DNA of 63,698 nt, filler included, from a bacterium (GTDB lineage Bacteria; JAJRZV01), in the NCBI GenBank assembly GCA_024275095.1. It is 4 parts of 4 records of this genome, joined end to end, with 100 filler letters (N's around TTAATTAATTAA, not from the genome) between each part and the next. Parts side by side here need not be neighbours in the genome. Positions count along the whole stretch, not along the records: positions 1 to 23,352 come from JAJRZV010000081.1; 3 more parts are not named here. One strand, 5' to 3'. The translations under genes and the position numbers were made by a program. Every line of letters starts with the position of its first letter. Position 1 is the first letter of the stretch. Below are positions 1 through 9,907 of this stretch, in pieces. Below the pieces are notes generated by a model. That model saw only the letters and a list, made by a program, of their open reading frames with translations. It did not search any database and was not told where the DNA came from.

Positions 1-2
1 AA

Positions 3-278
3 GAACCTCCTCTTTTGGTGGCCAGCACTCTCCTGGTGCCGGGTTATGTGGATGAATACGAGGTGCAAATGATTGCCCGATTTATCGCATCGATCAACAC
101 TGACATTCCGTATTCTCTTCTCGCATTTCATCCGTGTTTTTTTCTCGATGATGTGGGATTTACGTCTCGTGAGGAAGCCATCGCCTGCCTGCGAGCGGCA
201 AAAGAGGAAGGCCTGAAAAACGTGAGGATTGGAAACATCCATCTGCTCAATCCTCCGGGGTCTGGTCTCAACATTTGA
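3..278 (+). CDS. radical SAM protein (PFL-activase-like), 3' end only
   Basis: Frame open from window start (EPPLLVASTLLVPGYVD...DIPYSLLAFHP...GLKNVRIGNIHLL), resembling the C-terminus of PFL-activase-like rSAM proteins; CxxxCxxC would lie outside the window. Confidence 0.65.
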   Translation, partial: EPPLLVASTLLVPGYVDEYEVQMIARFIASINTDIPYSLLAFHPCFFLDDVGFTSREEAIACLRAAKEEGLKNVRIGNIHLLNPPGSGLNI

Positions 279-285
279 CATTCGG
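256..285. repeat. dispersed REP-like 30-bp element, copy 1
   Basis: CGGGGTCTGGTCTCAACATTTGACATTCGG; 29/30 identical to 46047-46076. Confidence 0.75.
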
Positions 286-453
286 GATTCAACGCTGGGG
301 TTTTATGGCTGGTGTGGTACGTGGATGAAGATTGTTTCGGTCACCCCGCCTTTGACAGGCCCCCTCGCAATTCCAGCCAATCTTTGAACACCTGTTGATA
401 CCTTTGCTTGATAAATTCAAAGCTTATAAAATCGGGACGACCCCTATAGTACC

Positions 454-490
454 TTGACAACATCCTTAGCGTGATTGAGAATGATTATTC
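454..490 (+). promoter_or_regulatory. sigma70-type promoter of suf operon with overlapping Fur-like box
   Basis: TTGACA (454-459), 17-bp spacer, GAGAAT (477-482); TGAGAATGATTATTC (476-490) matches 11/14 of TGATAATnATTATCA. Confidence 0.55.
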
Positions 491-510
491 CATGCTGAAG
501 GAGGATTTCA

Positions 511-1275
511 ATGGCGGAGAAAGAGCTGGAGATCGTGGACCTTCACGTAAGTGTTGAGGGCCAGGAGATATTGAAAGGTTTGAACCTTGAGGTTGAAAAG
601 GGTGCTGTGGAAGTCATCATGGGGCCCAATGGTTCTGGAAAAAGCACGCTCGCGCATACCATTATGGGGCATCCCAAGTATCAAATTACATCGGGAAAAA
701 TTCTCTTTCGCGGTGAAGACATTACCCATCTGAAACCCTACGAGCGGGCTCGCAAGGGACTTTTTCTCGCTTTTCAGTATCCCCACGAAGTGGAAGGTGT
801 CCCCCTGGGCCGATTTCTCTGGAGGGCCGCATCCGTAATACGCGAAGCAGATACCGAGAGGGATATCCCTGATAATCCTGGCGCGTTTAACGAGGTCCTT
901 CGCAAAGGACTTGAGGCCCTGCAACTGGATAAATCTTTTCGTAGTCGAGACCTTAATCTCGGCTTTTCCGGAGGTGAAAAAAAACGTGCAGAAATCGTGC
1001 AGATGCTTGCACTCAAACCCCGTCTGGCGGTACTGGATGAAATTGACTCTGGTCTTGATATCGATTCCATCAAGCTTGTCGCTTCCGCAATTGAGCGGTA
1101 CCGCAACGGAGCTTCTTTCCTTATCATCACCCATTATCAGAGGATTCTGGATTACGTGAAACCCGACCGTATTCATGTAATGATAGATGGACAGGTTGTG
1201 CTTTCCGGAGGTCCTGAACTTGCCAGAGAACTTGAAGAGAAGGGTTACGAGTGGCTCCGGGAAAAGAGGGGGTGA
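511..1275 (+). CDS. sufC: Fe-S cluster assembly ATPase SufC
   Basis: GPNGSGKST Walker [16 protein letters not shown] signature, [21 protein letters not shown]. Confidence 0.97.
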   Translation: MAEKELEIVDLHVSVEGQEILKGLNLEVEKGAVEVIMGPNGSGKSTLAHTIMGHPKYQITSGKILFRGEDITHLKPYERARKGLFLAFQYPHEVEGVPLGRFLWRAASVIREADTERDIPDNPGAFNEVLRKGLEALQLDKSFRSRDLNLGFSGGEKKRAEIVQMLALKPRLAVLDEIDSGLDIDSIKLVASAIERYRNGASFLIITHYQRILDYVKPDRIHVMIDGQVVLSGGPELARELEEKGYEWLREKRG

Positions 1276-1280
1276 CCACC

Positions 1281-2690
1281 TTGGCCGATGAGAAGAAAGG
1301 TGTTCTTGACGATATAGATTATTCCAAATACGACTTCAAGCAACCCGACATCCATACTTTTACCACGGGTAAAGGATTGTCACGTGAAGTTGTGGAACAA
1401 ATATCTCATATTAAAGAGGAGCCTGACTGGATGAGGGAATTTCGGCTCCGTGCATATGAAATTTTCCTGGAGAAGCCCATGCCCACCTGGGGAGCGGATC
1501 TTTCCTCAATTAATTTTGATGAATACACTTATTACATTCGCCCATCGGATAAAAAGGGCACGTCCTGGGAAGAAGTTCCTGATCACATTAAGGATACCTT
1601 TGAGAAGCTTGGAATACCCGAGGCGGAACGGAAGTTTCTCGCGGGTGTAGGAGCCCAGTATGAAAGCGAAATGGTGTATCACCATATTCAGGAAGATCTC
1701 GAAAAGAAGGGGGTCATTTTCCTGGATGCAGATACGGGCCTCAAGCAGCACGAAGAACTTTTCAAAAAATATTTTGGCTCGGTGGTGCCTCCAGGGGATA
1801 ACAAGTTTGCCGCTCTTAACTCGGCCGTGTGGAGTGGGGGAACTTTCATCTATGTGCCACCCGGTGTGAAGGTGGATATACCCCTTCAGGCGTACTTTCG
1901 CATCAACGCCCAGGCAATGGGCCAGTTTGAGAGAACACTCATCATTGTGGATGAAGGAGCGTTTGTTCACTACATTGAAGGATGTACTGCTCCTATTTAT
2001 TCCAAGGATTCACTGCACGCTGCCGTGGTAGAAGTGATCGCCTTACCACATGCCCATGTGCGCTATACCACCATTCAGAACTGGTCCAAGAATATTTACA
2101 ACCTGGTTACCAAGCGTGCTGTTGCGTACGAAGGTGCGCTTGTTGAGTGGGTGGACGGAAATATTGGTTCAGGAACCACCATGAAATATCCCGCTATTAT
2201 TTTATGAGGTGAAGGTGCACGTGCAGAAATACTTTCCATTGCATATGCAGGTAAAAACCAACACCAGGATACCGGTGCCAAGGTTATACATCTTGCTCCG
2301 CATACCTCATCTACAATTACCTCAAAGTCTGTATCTCGTTATGGAGGCCGTGCGTCTTACAGGGGACTCGTGAAGGTTGTCAGTGGTGCGCACGGTGTCA
2401 GGGTTTCTGTGAGATGTGATGCACTTATTCTTGACGAAGTTTCGCGATCAGATACGTATCCATATATGGAAATTGCTGAAGAAGATGTGGAAATCGCTCA
2501 TGAAGCAACTGTAGGCCGCATTACCGAAGACCAGATTTTTTACCTCACTTCTCGAGGACTTACTGAAGAAGAGGCTCTCGCCATGATCGTGAGGGGCTTT
2601 ATTGAGCCTTTTACCAAGGAACTTCCCATGGAATACGCTATTGAACTCAACCGTCTCATTCAGCTCGAAATGGAAGGCTGCATAGGCTGA
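1281..2690 (+). CDS. sufB: Fe-S cluster assembly protein SufB, interrupted by in-frame TGA at 2205-2207
   Basis: ORFs 1251-2207 and 2370-2690 share a frame; read-through gives [34 protein letters not shown], about 469 aa of continuous SufB; TTG start after GAGGGGG. Confidence 0.93.
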
Positions 2691-3916
2691 TGGGAGCGAA
2701 AAGGGAAGCATCATTCGGGTACTGGCTTGATCAACTGGCTGAAGAGGCCAGGGAAACCCTTAGCGGGACTCCTTTACCCACAGACAAGTACAACAGGCAG
2801 CATCTGGTGGACCTCAATGTATTCAAGGCTCCAGAACGCAGAAAAGATGCGACGACTCGAATTCCAGAGGTGGCAGGGGATTTTGAAGTTATAGATATTG
2901 ACGGTGCTATTCTCAAGGTTTCTGCTGAGGGACGTGCTTCTCGTGAAGGTGTTTATGTGGGCGATGCTTCTGGAGATGTGCCTCATGAAGTTATTGAAGT
3001 TTTCGGATCGTTGCGAGACCACCTGCTTGGTGAGAATCGTTTTTCACGTCTTGTTGCCTCACTGTGGTCGGGTATTACTGTGGTTTATATTCCACCCTCG
3101 TGTCAGCTCAGTGATTCCATAGACATACTTCACGTCAGAAGTGCAGAAAATGCAACGCTTGGTCATCTTACTTTTATATTCGCTGGTCCGAATTCGCAGG
3201 CACGAATTTTTGAAGAATATATTTTTGAAAAGCGGAAGGATGGTGCTGGTCTCGGAGGAGTTTTTATTTACCTCTCGGAAAATGCCAGGATGGAGTACAA
3301 CGCGCTCATTCCGTTCAATGAACTTGAGGGCTGCGTGCATCACCGACGGGCCTTTGCATCCGCAGGTGCTTCTCTCACCTGGAATCACGGGTGGTTTGGT
3401 TGCAGGTATCTTCGGGCTGAGGTGAAGACATTTTTACAGGGTCCGGGGGCTCAGGTGGATGAGAGGCATTTCTTTTTTGGCGAGGGCAAAAATTTCTATG
3501 ACATGGATGCGTTGCTCATGCATGCAGCACCTGCTACTAGTGGCACCAGTACTGTACGCGGTGCACTTGCAGGTACGTCTCGCAGTGTTTTCCGCGGCCT
3601 TGTCCACATTGTCCCGGAGGCAAAAAATTCGGATTCTTTTCTGGAGGACCATGTGCTGTTGCTTTCCAAGGGCGTCCGTTCCGATTCTGTGCCTGCACTT
3701 GAAATTCTCAACAATGCTGTACGTGCTTCACATTCGGCATCATCCGGTCATATTGACCGCGAAAAAATGTTTTATCTTTGTTCACGAGGACTTGATGAAA
3801 CGGAAGCAAGGAATATTCTTGTCCGCGGTTTTTTCGAACGTGCCCTGGGGCGTGCGTGGGATAATTTCAAGCGCAGGCTTATAAGCCAGACAGATGAAGT
3901 GCTGGAGAGGATTTAG
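2690..3916 (+). CDS. sufD: Fe-S cluster assembly protein SufD
   Basis: SVFRGLVHI, SVPALEI, ASHSASSGHID, FYLCSRGL motifs; follows sufB. Confidence 0.9.
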   Translation: MGAKREASFGYWLDQLAEEARETLSGTPLPTDKYNRQHLVDLNVFKAPERRKDATTRIPEVAGDFEVIDIDGAILKVSAEGRASREGVYVGDASGDVPHEVIEVFGSLRDHLLGENRFSRLVASLWSGITVVYIPPSCQLSDSIDILHVRSAENATLGHLTFIFAGPNSQARIFEEYIFEKRKDGAGLGGVFIYLSENARMEYNALIPFNELEGCVHHRRAFASAGASLTWNHGWFGCRYLRAEVKTFLQGPGAQVDERHFFFGEGKNFYDMDALLMHAAPATSGTSTVRGALAGTSRSVFRGLVHIVPEAKNSDSFLEDHVLLLSKGVRSDSVPALEILNNAVRASHSASSGHIDREKMFYLCSRGLDETEARNILVRGFFERALGRAWDNFKRRLISQTDEVLERI

Positions 3917-3934
3917 TCTTCAGGAGAACCGGTG

Positions 3935-4333
3935 ATGAGCGAGTACGATGATGTACAGATGGAATATATTCTTGAGCTTTACAGGAATCCCCGGAACAAA
4001 GGAACCATTGAAAACCCTGATATTACCCATCAAGAAGGCAATCCTTCCTGTGGCGATGAAATTCGCATTGATGTAAAGCTGGACGGCGATCGTATTGGAG
4101 AGATTAAGTTCTCCGGCAAGGGTTGTGCCATATCTCAGGCAGCAGCATCCATACTCACGGAGATGGTAAAGGGCAAAACCCTGGAAGAAGTTAAAAAACT
4201 GACCAAGGAAGACATGTTGAAAGCTATTGGTGTACCTCTAAGCCCCATCAGGCTCAAGTGCGGTCTTCTGGCTCTGAAGGTGTTGAAAGCGGGGCTTTAC
4301 GGCATCAAAGGATGGCCTGGTGAAGAGGAGTAA
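3935..4333 (+). CDS. sufU: SufU/IscU-type scaffold or sulfur-transfer protein
   Basis: NPSCGDEI, FSGKGCAISQAAAS, PIRLKC (three conserved Cys). Confidence 0.9.
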   Translation: MSEYDDVQMEYILELYRNPRNKGTIENPDITHQEGNPSCGDEIRIDVKLDGDRIGEIKFSGKGCAISQAAASILTEMVKGKTLEEVKKLTKEDMLKAIGVPLSPIRLKCGLLALKVLKAGLYGIKGWPGEEE

Positions 4334-4348
4334 AAAGGGGAACAGGTC

Positions 4349-5569
4349 ATGAAGGTGGAGGAAATAAGAAAGGACTTTCCTATTTTTCAGCAACAGGTTA
4401 ACGGTCATCCGCTGGTGTATCTGGACAACGCAGCCACGACCCAGCGTCCTCGCCAGGTGGTGGAGGCGGTGATGCGGTTCTATCAGGATGCCAATGCCAA
4501 CGTTCACCGTTCCGTACATACCATGAGCTATCGGGCTACAGAACTCTATGAAGGAGCGCGTAAAAAAATTGCGTCTTTCATCAATGCTTCGTCCTGGCGG
4601 GAAATTGTTTGGGTGAGGGGAGCAACGGAGGGCCTTAATCTACTCGCATATTCTCTCGGGCTTTACCATCTTCGGGAAGGTGATGAAATCGTGTTAACCG
4701 TGATGGAGCACCACTCAAACATGGTTCCCTGGCAGCGCATCGCACAGTTAAAAAACTTACGTATTGTCTATGCCGGTGTTACACCTGAGGGCCGGCTGGA
4801 CATAGAAGACCTCAAAGCCAAGATCTCTTCCCGTACCCGGCTCATTTCCGTAATCCATGCATCAAATGTTTTGGGAGTGGTCAACCCTGTCGGTGAAATT
4901 GCGCAACTTGCCCGGGATGCAGGTGCTATTTTTATTGTGGATGCAGCCCAGTCTGCTCCGCATATGCCTATAGATGTGGAAGCGATGGGTTGTGATTTTC
5001 TTGTGGCAAGTGGTCATAAGATGCTTGGACCTACGGGGATAGGATTTTTATACGGGCGCAGGGAGCGTCTTGAAGCGATGGAGCCGTTTCAAAGCGGTGG
5101 GGACATGATCGAACACGTAACCTTGGAAGGAGCCACCTGGAATGAATTGCCATGGAAATTCGAAGCAGGAACGCCCAATATCGCCGGCGCCATTGGTCTG
5201 GGCGCGGCGGTTGATTACATTAACAATGTCGGACTGACTGATATGCTTGAGCATGAAAAGGAGCTGCGTCGCTATGCTGTAGAGCGTATCAGAGAACTCG
5301 GCGGAGTGGATATCTATACTCCTGATGGAGATGATGTGCTGGGGATCGTGTCCTTCAACATCCACGGAATTCATCCCCACGATGTGGCAGGATATCTGGA
5401 TCAGTGCGGTATCGAAGTCCGTTCGGGTCACCATTGCACGCAGCCGCTTATGGAATGCCTGCGTATAGAAAACGCCGTGCGCGCCAGTTTTTACCTGTAC
5501 AACACAAAAGAAGAAGTGGATCGGCTGGTTGAGGCCCTGGCGCGTGTGAAAAAACTTTTCCGCGTGTGA
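4349..5569 (+). CDS. sufS: cysteine desulfurase SufS
   Basis: YLDNAATTQ, SGHKMLGPTGIG (PLP Lys), RSGHHC catalytic motif. Confidence 0.96.
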   Translation: MKVEEIRKDFPIFQQQVNGHPLVYLDNAATTQRPRQVVEAVMRFYQDANANVHRSVHTMSYRATELYEGARKKIASFINASSWREIVWVRGATEGLNLLAYSLGLYHLREGDEIVLTVMEHHSNMVPWQRIAQLKNLRIVYAGVTPEGRLDIEDLKAKISSRTRLISVIHASNVLGVVNPVGEIAQLARDAGAIFIVDAAQSAPHMPIDVEAMGCDFLVASGHKMLGPTGIGFLYGRRERLEAMEPFQSGGDMIEHVTLEGATWNELPWKFEAGTPNIAGAIGLGAAVDYINNVGLTDMLEHEKELRRYAVERIRELGGVDIYTPDGDDVLGIVSFNIHGIHPHDVAGYLDQCGIEVRSGHHCTQPLMECLRIENAVRASFYLYNTKEEVDRLVEALARVKKLFRV

Positions 5570-6507
5570 AGCCAGCACACTTCCAGCCTGTGGAACGTCG
5601 CTCTCCGCCACTCAGGCCTGTGCGCTTCGGGTGTCTCACGGGTATTCCCTCTCTCAATCTCACCAGCGGCTGTTCGCACCGGTGCCTGTACTGTTACGCT
5701 CAGGGGTATCCGGGGGCACCGCCCAGGGGCCGGGTGCTTGTGTATACCAATCTTCCTTATTGGCTGGAGCGAATTCTCAGCAAAGGGGGGCCCTCATTTG
5801 TCGTTTTTGGAACAGCCAGTGATACATTTCAGAATAATCCCCTCGTGCTGGAGACTGCATGGAAATGCCTGGAAATACTCCTGAGAAAAAGTGTTGCAAC
5901 AATATCTGTTCTCACCAAGGGTCATATTCCCTCAGAATTTATTGGCTTGTTTCGGCGATACCGTGGACGTGTGAAAGTGCATATAGGGCTTATCACCCTC
6001 AACGAAGCTGCACGTCGTATCTGGGAACCCGGGGCATCACCAGTGGAAGCTCGATTGAAGAACCTGGAGGTTCTGGCTGATTGCGGTGTGCTGGTTTCAG
6101 TACGTGTTGATCCCATTATCCCTTCCTGGACAGATAGTGAAGAGAATTTTCGTTCACTCTTCTGTGCTGTTCGTGAGAGAGGAGTTGAAGAAGTGACACT
6201 TTCTGCTTTGCATATTCGCCATGGTATTGAACCGGTAATAGCAGAAGCTCTGGGCAGGCGCGAGTGGTTCAATCTTCTCGCCTTTTACGAACAGCGCTGG
6301 TCCACTGTTGGTTGTGCCACGCGTGCCCGTCTTGTGCGGAAAGCCTTGCTGGAGCGTATTTACAGCCGGGCGCTACGTGCTGCACGTGATGCAGGAGTGT
6401 GTGCACGGATTTGCGCCTGCAAAAATCCTGGAATGGGCGAGGTATGTGCATCAGGTCGAGGGTTCTATACATTTCCTGTCCAGCAGAAGTTGTCGTTCAA
6501 TAATTGA
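5566..6507 (+). CDS. radical SAM protein, spore photoproduct lyase-like family
   Basis: GCSHRCLYCYA, FGTASDTF, LTKG, WEPGASPVEARL, RVDPIIP; GTGA overlap with sufS. Confidence 0.8.
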   Translation: MKPAHFQPVERRSPPLRPVRFGCLTGIPSLNLTSGCSHRCLYCYAQGYPGAPPRGRVLVYTNLPYWLERILSKGGPSFVVFGTASDTFQNNPLVLETAWKCLEILLRKSVATISVLTKGHIPSEFIGLFRRYRGRVKVHIGLITLNEAARRIWEPGASPVEARLKNLEVLADCGVLVSVRVDPIIPSWTDSEENFRSLFCAVRERGVEEVTLSALHIRHGIEPVIAEALGRREWFNLLAFYEQRWSTVGCATRARLVRKALLERIYSRALRAARDAGVCARICACKNPGMGEVCASGRGFYTFPVQQKLSFNN

Positions 6508-7306
6508 TAAGTACAGGTCTCAACAGAGTGAGGGGGTTGACCCGTTTGCCTGCGTATCTTACGCCGAAATGCAGATGCGGCCCTGTTGCACGCCCGGTGC
6601 TGCCCACATACCCGATGATATCACCCTTTTGTACCTTTTCGCCCTCTCTCACTGCGAAACGAGAGAGGTGAAAATACATGGTATAGAGGCACCCTCCGTG
6701 GTCGATAACAATGGAAAGGCCCGAAAAGAAAAGGTCTCTTGTTAGTACCACTGTACCAGAAGCAAACGCATGTACAGGTGTCCCTGCCGGTGCCGGGATG
6801 TCAACTCCTGTATGAGGAGAACGCGGTTCGCCGTTGATGATGCGTTTGTCACCGAAGTTGTCCTTCACGTCAAATCCCGGAAGAGGATGGTAAAATGGCG
6901 GTTTCCACTGGAGGGGATACGTACACCTGTTCCACAGCTTGTTGAGCATTTCGTTTTCTTCCTTCACACGCTGGAGAACCTGTGGAGAAAGACGGACCAT
7001 CTCTTCCGGAAGTGTGAGCCGTTGAACCGGAAATTCCCTGGGACACACGGGAATTTCGATACTGATTTGACGGTTGTCTTCAGAGAGGAGTAATTTCAAC
7101 GGCTTATCGGGTTTATCAAGCAAACCTGAAGCAACAAGCACGGTGCCATCTTCAGGGAGCGGTATTTCCAGATTCTGAAATCTTACAGTGGTATTTTCCG
7201 GTCTGAACCCGCTTTCAACCACCGCGGGCAACACATTGAAAAATGCAGCATCTCCCGGTTGTAAGCAGAAACCCGCAACAGCCGCAAGGAGCAGGCTATG
7301 AATCAT
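6497..7306 (-). CDS. M23 family metallopeptidase
   Basis: HTGVD, YFHLS, GSTGRATGPHLHF; signal peptide. Confidence 0.92.
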   Translation of the reverse strand: MIHSLLLAAVAGFCLQPGDAAFFNVLPAVVESGFRPENTTVRFQNLEIPLPEDGTVLVASGLLDKPDKPLKLLLSEDNRQISIEIPVCPREFPVQRLTLPEEMVRLSPQVLQRVKEENEMLNKLWNRCTYPLQWKPPFYHPLPGFDVKDNFGDKRIINGEPRSPHTGVDIPAPAGTPVHAFASGTVVLTRDLFFSGLSIVIDHGGCLYTMYFHLSRFAVREGEKVQKGDIIGYVGSTGRATGPHLHFGVRYAGKRVNPLTLLRPVLINY

Positions 7307-7938
7307 GGTGTTTCAGCCAGAAGTTCCTGTACACGCGTGTTTATTTCTCTGGCCTCCCAATTGATAGCCCCGGGAATGATTTCCCGGATTACTCCGCGTT
7401 TGTCAATAATGAAGGAAGTGGGGAGGCCGGAGATATAATACTGGACAAGCTGTTCTTCTCGTGCAAATCCCACAGGAAAGTCAACTTTTACTTCCTTCAG
7501 AAATTCTTTTACAGTATCTTCCGACCCATCCACAGCAATGGCTATGATCTCCAGGCCCTTTTCTGCATAGGTATGGTAGAGCTTGTTCATTGACGGCATT
7601 TCGAACCTGCACGGTGGACACCATGTACCAAAGAAATTGAGAAGTACAACCTTCCCCTTTAGGGAAGCCAGCGACAGGTATTGCCCCTGCAGTGTTGTTA
7701 CATCCAGAGGAGGAGCAAGGTGTCCGATGCGAGATGCGGGCGCTCGAGGGGTTTCCTTCTCGGAATAGGAGAGGCGCGCTGTCGGTAATGACCCGGGGAT
7801 GAAAACATACCGTATCACCAGGTACGCGAGGATAAATACAGCGGCTATTTTTGTTCCTGAGGATGCAAACTTGCGTAAGGGAGAAACGTCCTTTGCCGGT
7901 ATGTTTTCCCCGTTTTCAGTCCTGTCTTTTTCGCTCAA
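7303..7938 (-). CDS. TlpA/ResA family thiol-disulfide oxidoreductase
   Basis: N-terminal TM helix, NFFGTWCPPCRFEMP, GLPTSF. Confidence 0.9.
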   Translation of the reverse strand: MSEKDRTENGENIPAKDVSPLRKFASSGTKIAAVFILAYLVIRYVFIPGSLPTARLSYSEKETPRAPASRIGHLAPPLDVTTLQGQYLSLASLKGKVVLLNFFGTWCPPCRFEMPSMNKLYHTYAEKGLEIIAIAVDGSEDTVKEFLKEVKVDFPVGFAREEQLVQYYISGLPTSFIIDKRGVIREIIPGAINWEAREINTRVQELLAETP

Positions 7939-8479
7939 GCAAGCCTCCGTGAAAGATTGCCTGTATTACAGCACTTTTAACAGGTGTCGAGCTCCAGTCT
8001 TGAGGACCGATAAATTTCTTCATGAGAATGCCTTGCTTGTTGATGACAAAGCTCTCCGGATAGCCTGTAATCCCGAACTTTTCGCCTACTTTTCCGGTGT
8101 CGTCCAGGAGCACAGGTACTTTTATAGAGAACTTTTTGACAATTTTTTCCACATCTTTACGTGGAGAGTCTCCAGCAATAAAGACCAGAGCGATGTTTCT
8201 TCCCGTGAGTTCTTTGGCAAAATCCAGGAGCGAAGGCAACTCGTCCAGACATGGAGGGCACCATGTTGCCAGAAAGTTAATCAGAACCCCGTTGTACTCT
8301 TTCAGAAGCTCCTGGAGTGAAATTTCCTGCCCCTTCAGGTCTTTCAGGGAGAACAGGGGTGCGCGGTCTCCCACCTCTGGCATGTAAAGAGAATATTTCA
8401 GATAGGAAGAGTAGAATGCCCACCCGATGGCAAGAACCAATCCCCCGATAATGACCAGAGCCTTTACTTTTTTACTCAA
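7916..8479 (-). CDS. TlpA/ResA family thiol-disulfide oxidoreductase
   Basis: NFLATWCPPCLDELP, GYPESF, GPQDW. Confidence 0.9.
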   Translation of the reverse strand: MSKKVKALVIIGGLVLAIGWAFYSSYLKYSLYMPEVGDRAPLFSLKDLKGQEISLQELLKEYNGVLINFLATWCPPCLDELPSLLDFAKELTGRNIALVFIAGDSPRKDVEKIVKKFSIKVPVLLDDTGKVGEKFGITGYPESFVINKQGILMKKFIGPQDWSSTPVKSAVIQAIFHGGLLERKRQD

Positions 8480-8481
8480 CG

Positions 8482-9876
8482 TTATGTCTCCTTTTTCATT
8501 CTAATAAGCATTGTATCAATGTCTCTCAAGATAGTGTCAACGTCGCTCACCTGTGACGGCCTGTAAGTGCGTTGCGCAATGGTTACTGAGAGCCCTGTCA
8601 CCTCGTAGTTTTCGCTTTTTACCACAAGTGAAGACACAGCACTTTTGATGCGGTCGGCAACACTGGAGGCTCCCTTTTCATTTGTCCCGGGCATCACCAC
8701 GAGAAATTCGTCGCCCCCGTAACGACCCATTATGTCGGTCTGCCTGAGAGCCGAGCGGATGGCCTGCACACATTCCTTCAACACCGCGTCTCCCACGAGA
8801 TGGCCGTAATCGTCGTTTACCTTTTTGAAATTGTCAAAGTCAATCATAAGCACGGAAACAGGGGTGTCCTTTTCTGCACCCTTTGAAATTTCTTCTCTGA
8901 GCCTTTCCATCACAACACGCCTGTTGAACACCCCCGTAAGGTCATCAACAGAAGAAAGCTCGCGCAGTTTTTCAAACAGGTGCGCGTTCTGAATAGCAAT
9001 TCCTGTAAGAGTACCCAGACCCACGAGGGTTTCAATGTCTTCTTCTGTAAAAGCATCCACCTTGCTGCTGTGGAAGTTCATGACGCCCACAACAGTGTCA
9101 CCGGCGATAATGGGCAAACTCAGAAGGGAACCGCGATCTTTAATGATACCCTTGTAAAAAAGGTATCGGGGTTCCTTGTGCGTGTCTGGAATATAGATTG
9201 GTTTTCCCGTCCGCACTGTTTCAAAAGACACCCCCTCTCTAGGATGAAATTCTATACCCTTGATGCGTTCGTTCATTCCGTAGCACGAGACCACTCTCAG
9301 GTTTCCCTCCTGTGTACACAGGAGGATTGCGAATTCACGGTATCCCAGGATTTCACTGACGGTGCGCGTGATGCTGTCGAGAAGCGCCGGTAGTTCGAGG
9401 TTGCCCACCATCTGTTTTACCACCTCAAGAAGCAGACGTGTGCGGGTCACCTGAGCCGAGAGCCGTGCATTTACTTTCTGCAATTCACGGGCAAGGGCAG
9501 CTTCGCGTTCCTTGATTTCAAGCTGGGCTTCTTTTTCCAATTTCTCCGCCATGATGTCGGTGGCGCCTGAAAGGATGGTGAGTATATGTTTTTTTACGGC
9601 ATTGACGGCCTCCACCTGCCCCATGGGTGGGCGGTGAATAAAGGTTCGTTCGGCTGCCGCTTCTTCGACAAAAGTGTGCAGTTCTTCCAGTTCGTGGAAA
9701 AGGTTGGTGAGCTTCGCGTAAAATATGGCACCGGTAATGACGAATCCAACAGCAGCGAGTACTGAAAGTATGAACAGCAATTTGTTGTTGCCGCTCAAAA
9801 ATCCCAGAGCAATGGAGAGAATTCCCATGTTCAGGGATATAATCAGTAACAGGCGAAAATCCTTGAGTAACTTCAT
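8482..9876 (-). CDS. membrane-bound GAF-GGDEF diguanylate cyclase
   Basis: Two TM helices, coiled coil, GAF domain, DDLTGVFNRR, RQTD I-site, RYGGDEF. Confidence 0.92.
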   Translation of the reverse strand: MKLLKDFRLLLIISLNMGILSIALGFLSGNNKLLFILSVLAAVGFVITGAIFYAKLTNLFHELEELHTFVEEAAAERTFIHRPPMGQVEAVNAVKKHILTILSGATDIMAEKLEKEAQLEIKEREAALARELQKVNARLSAQVTRTRLLLEVVKQMVGNLELPALLDSITRTVSEILGYREFAILLCTQEGNLRVVSCYGMNERIKGIEFHPREGVSFETVRTGKPIYIPDTHKEPRYLFYKGIIKDRGSLLSLPIIAGDTVVGVMNFHSSKVDAFTEEDIETLVGLGTLTGIAIQNAHLFEKLRELSSVDDLTGVFNRRVVMERLREEISKGAEKDTPVSVLMIDFDNFKKVNDDYGHLVGDAVLKECVQAIRSALRQTDIMGRYGGDEFLVVMPGTNEKGASSVADRIKSAVSSLVVKSENYEVTGLSVTIAQRTYRPSQVSDVDTILRDIDTMLIRMKKET

Positions 9877-9907
9877 GGCTTCCTTGGTTATAAAAATAAT
9901 CTTCCAA

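Noticed and set aside
508-1176. Long antisense ORFs (also 10223-11020, 14355-14987, 35429-36295, 52360-52989)
   Set aside because: Shadows of well-supported genes on the other strand, with no motifs.
2205-2207. Genome-wide TGA recoding
   Set aside because: sufC, sufS, secD, dcd and others end at TGA at their expected C-termini.
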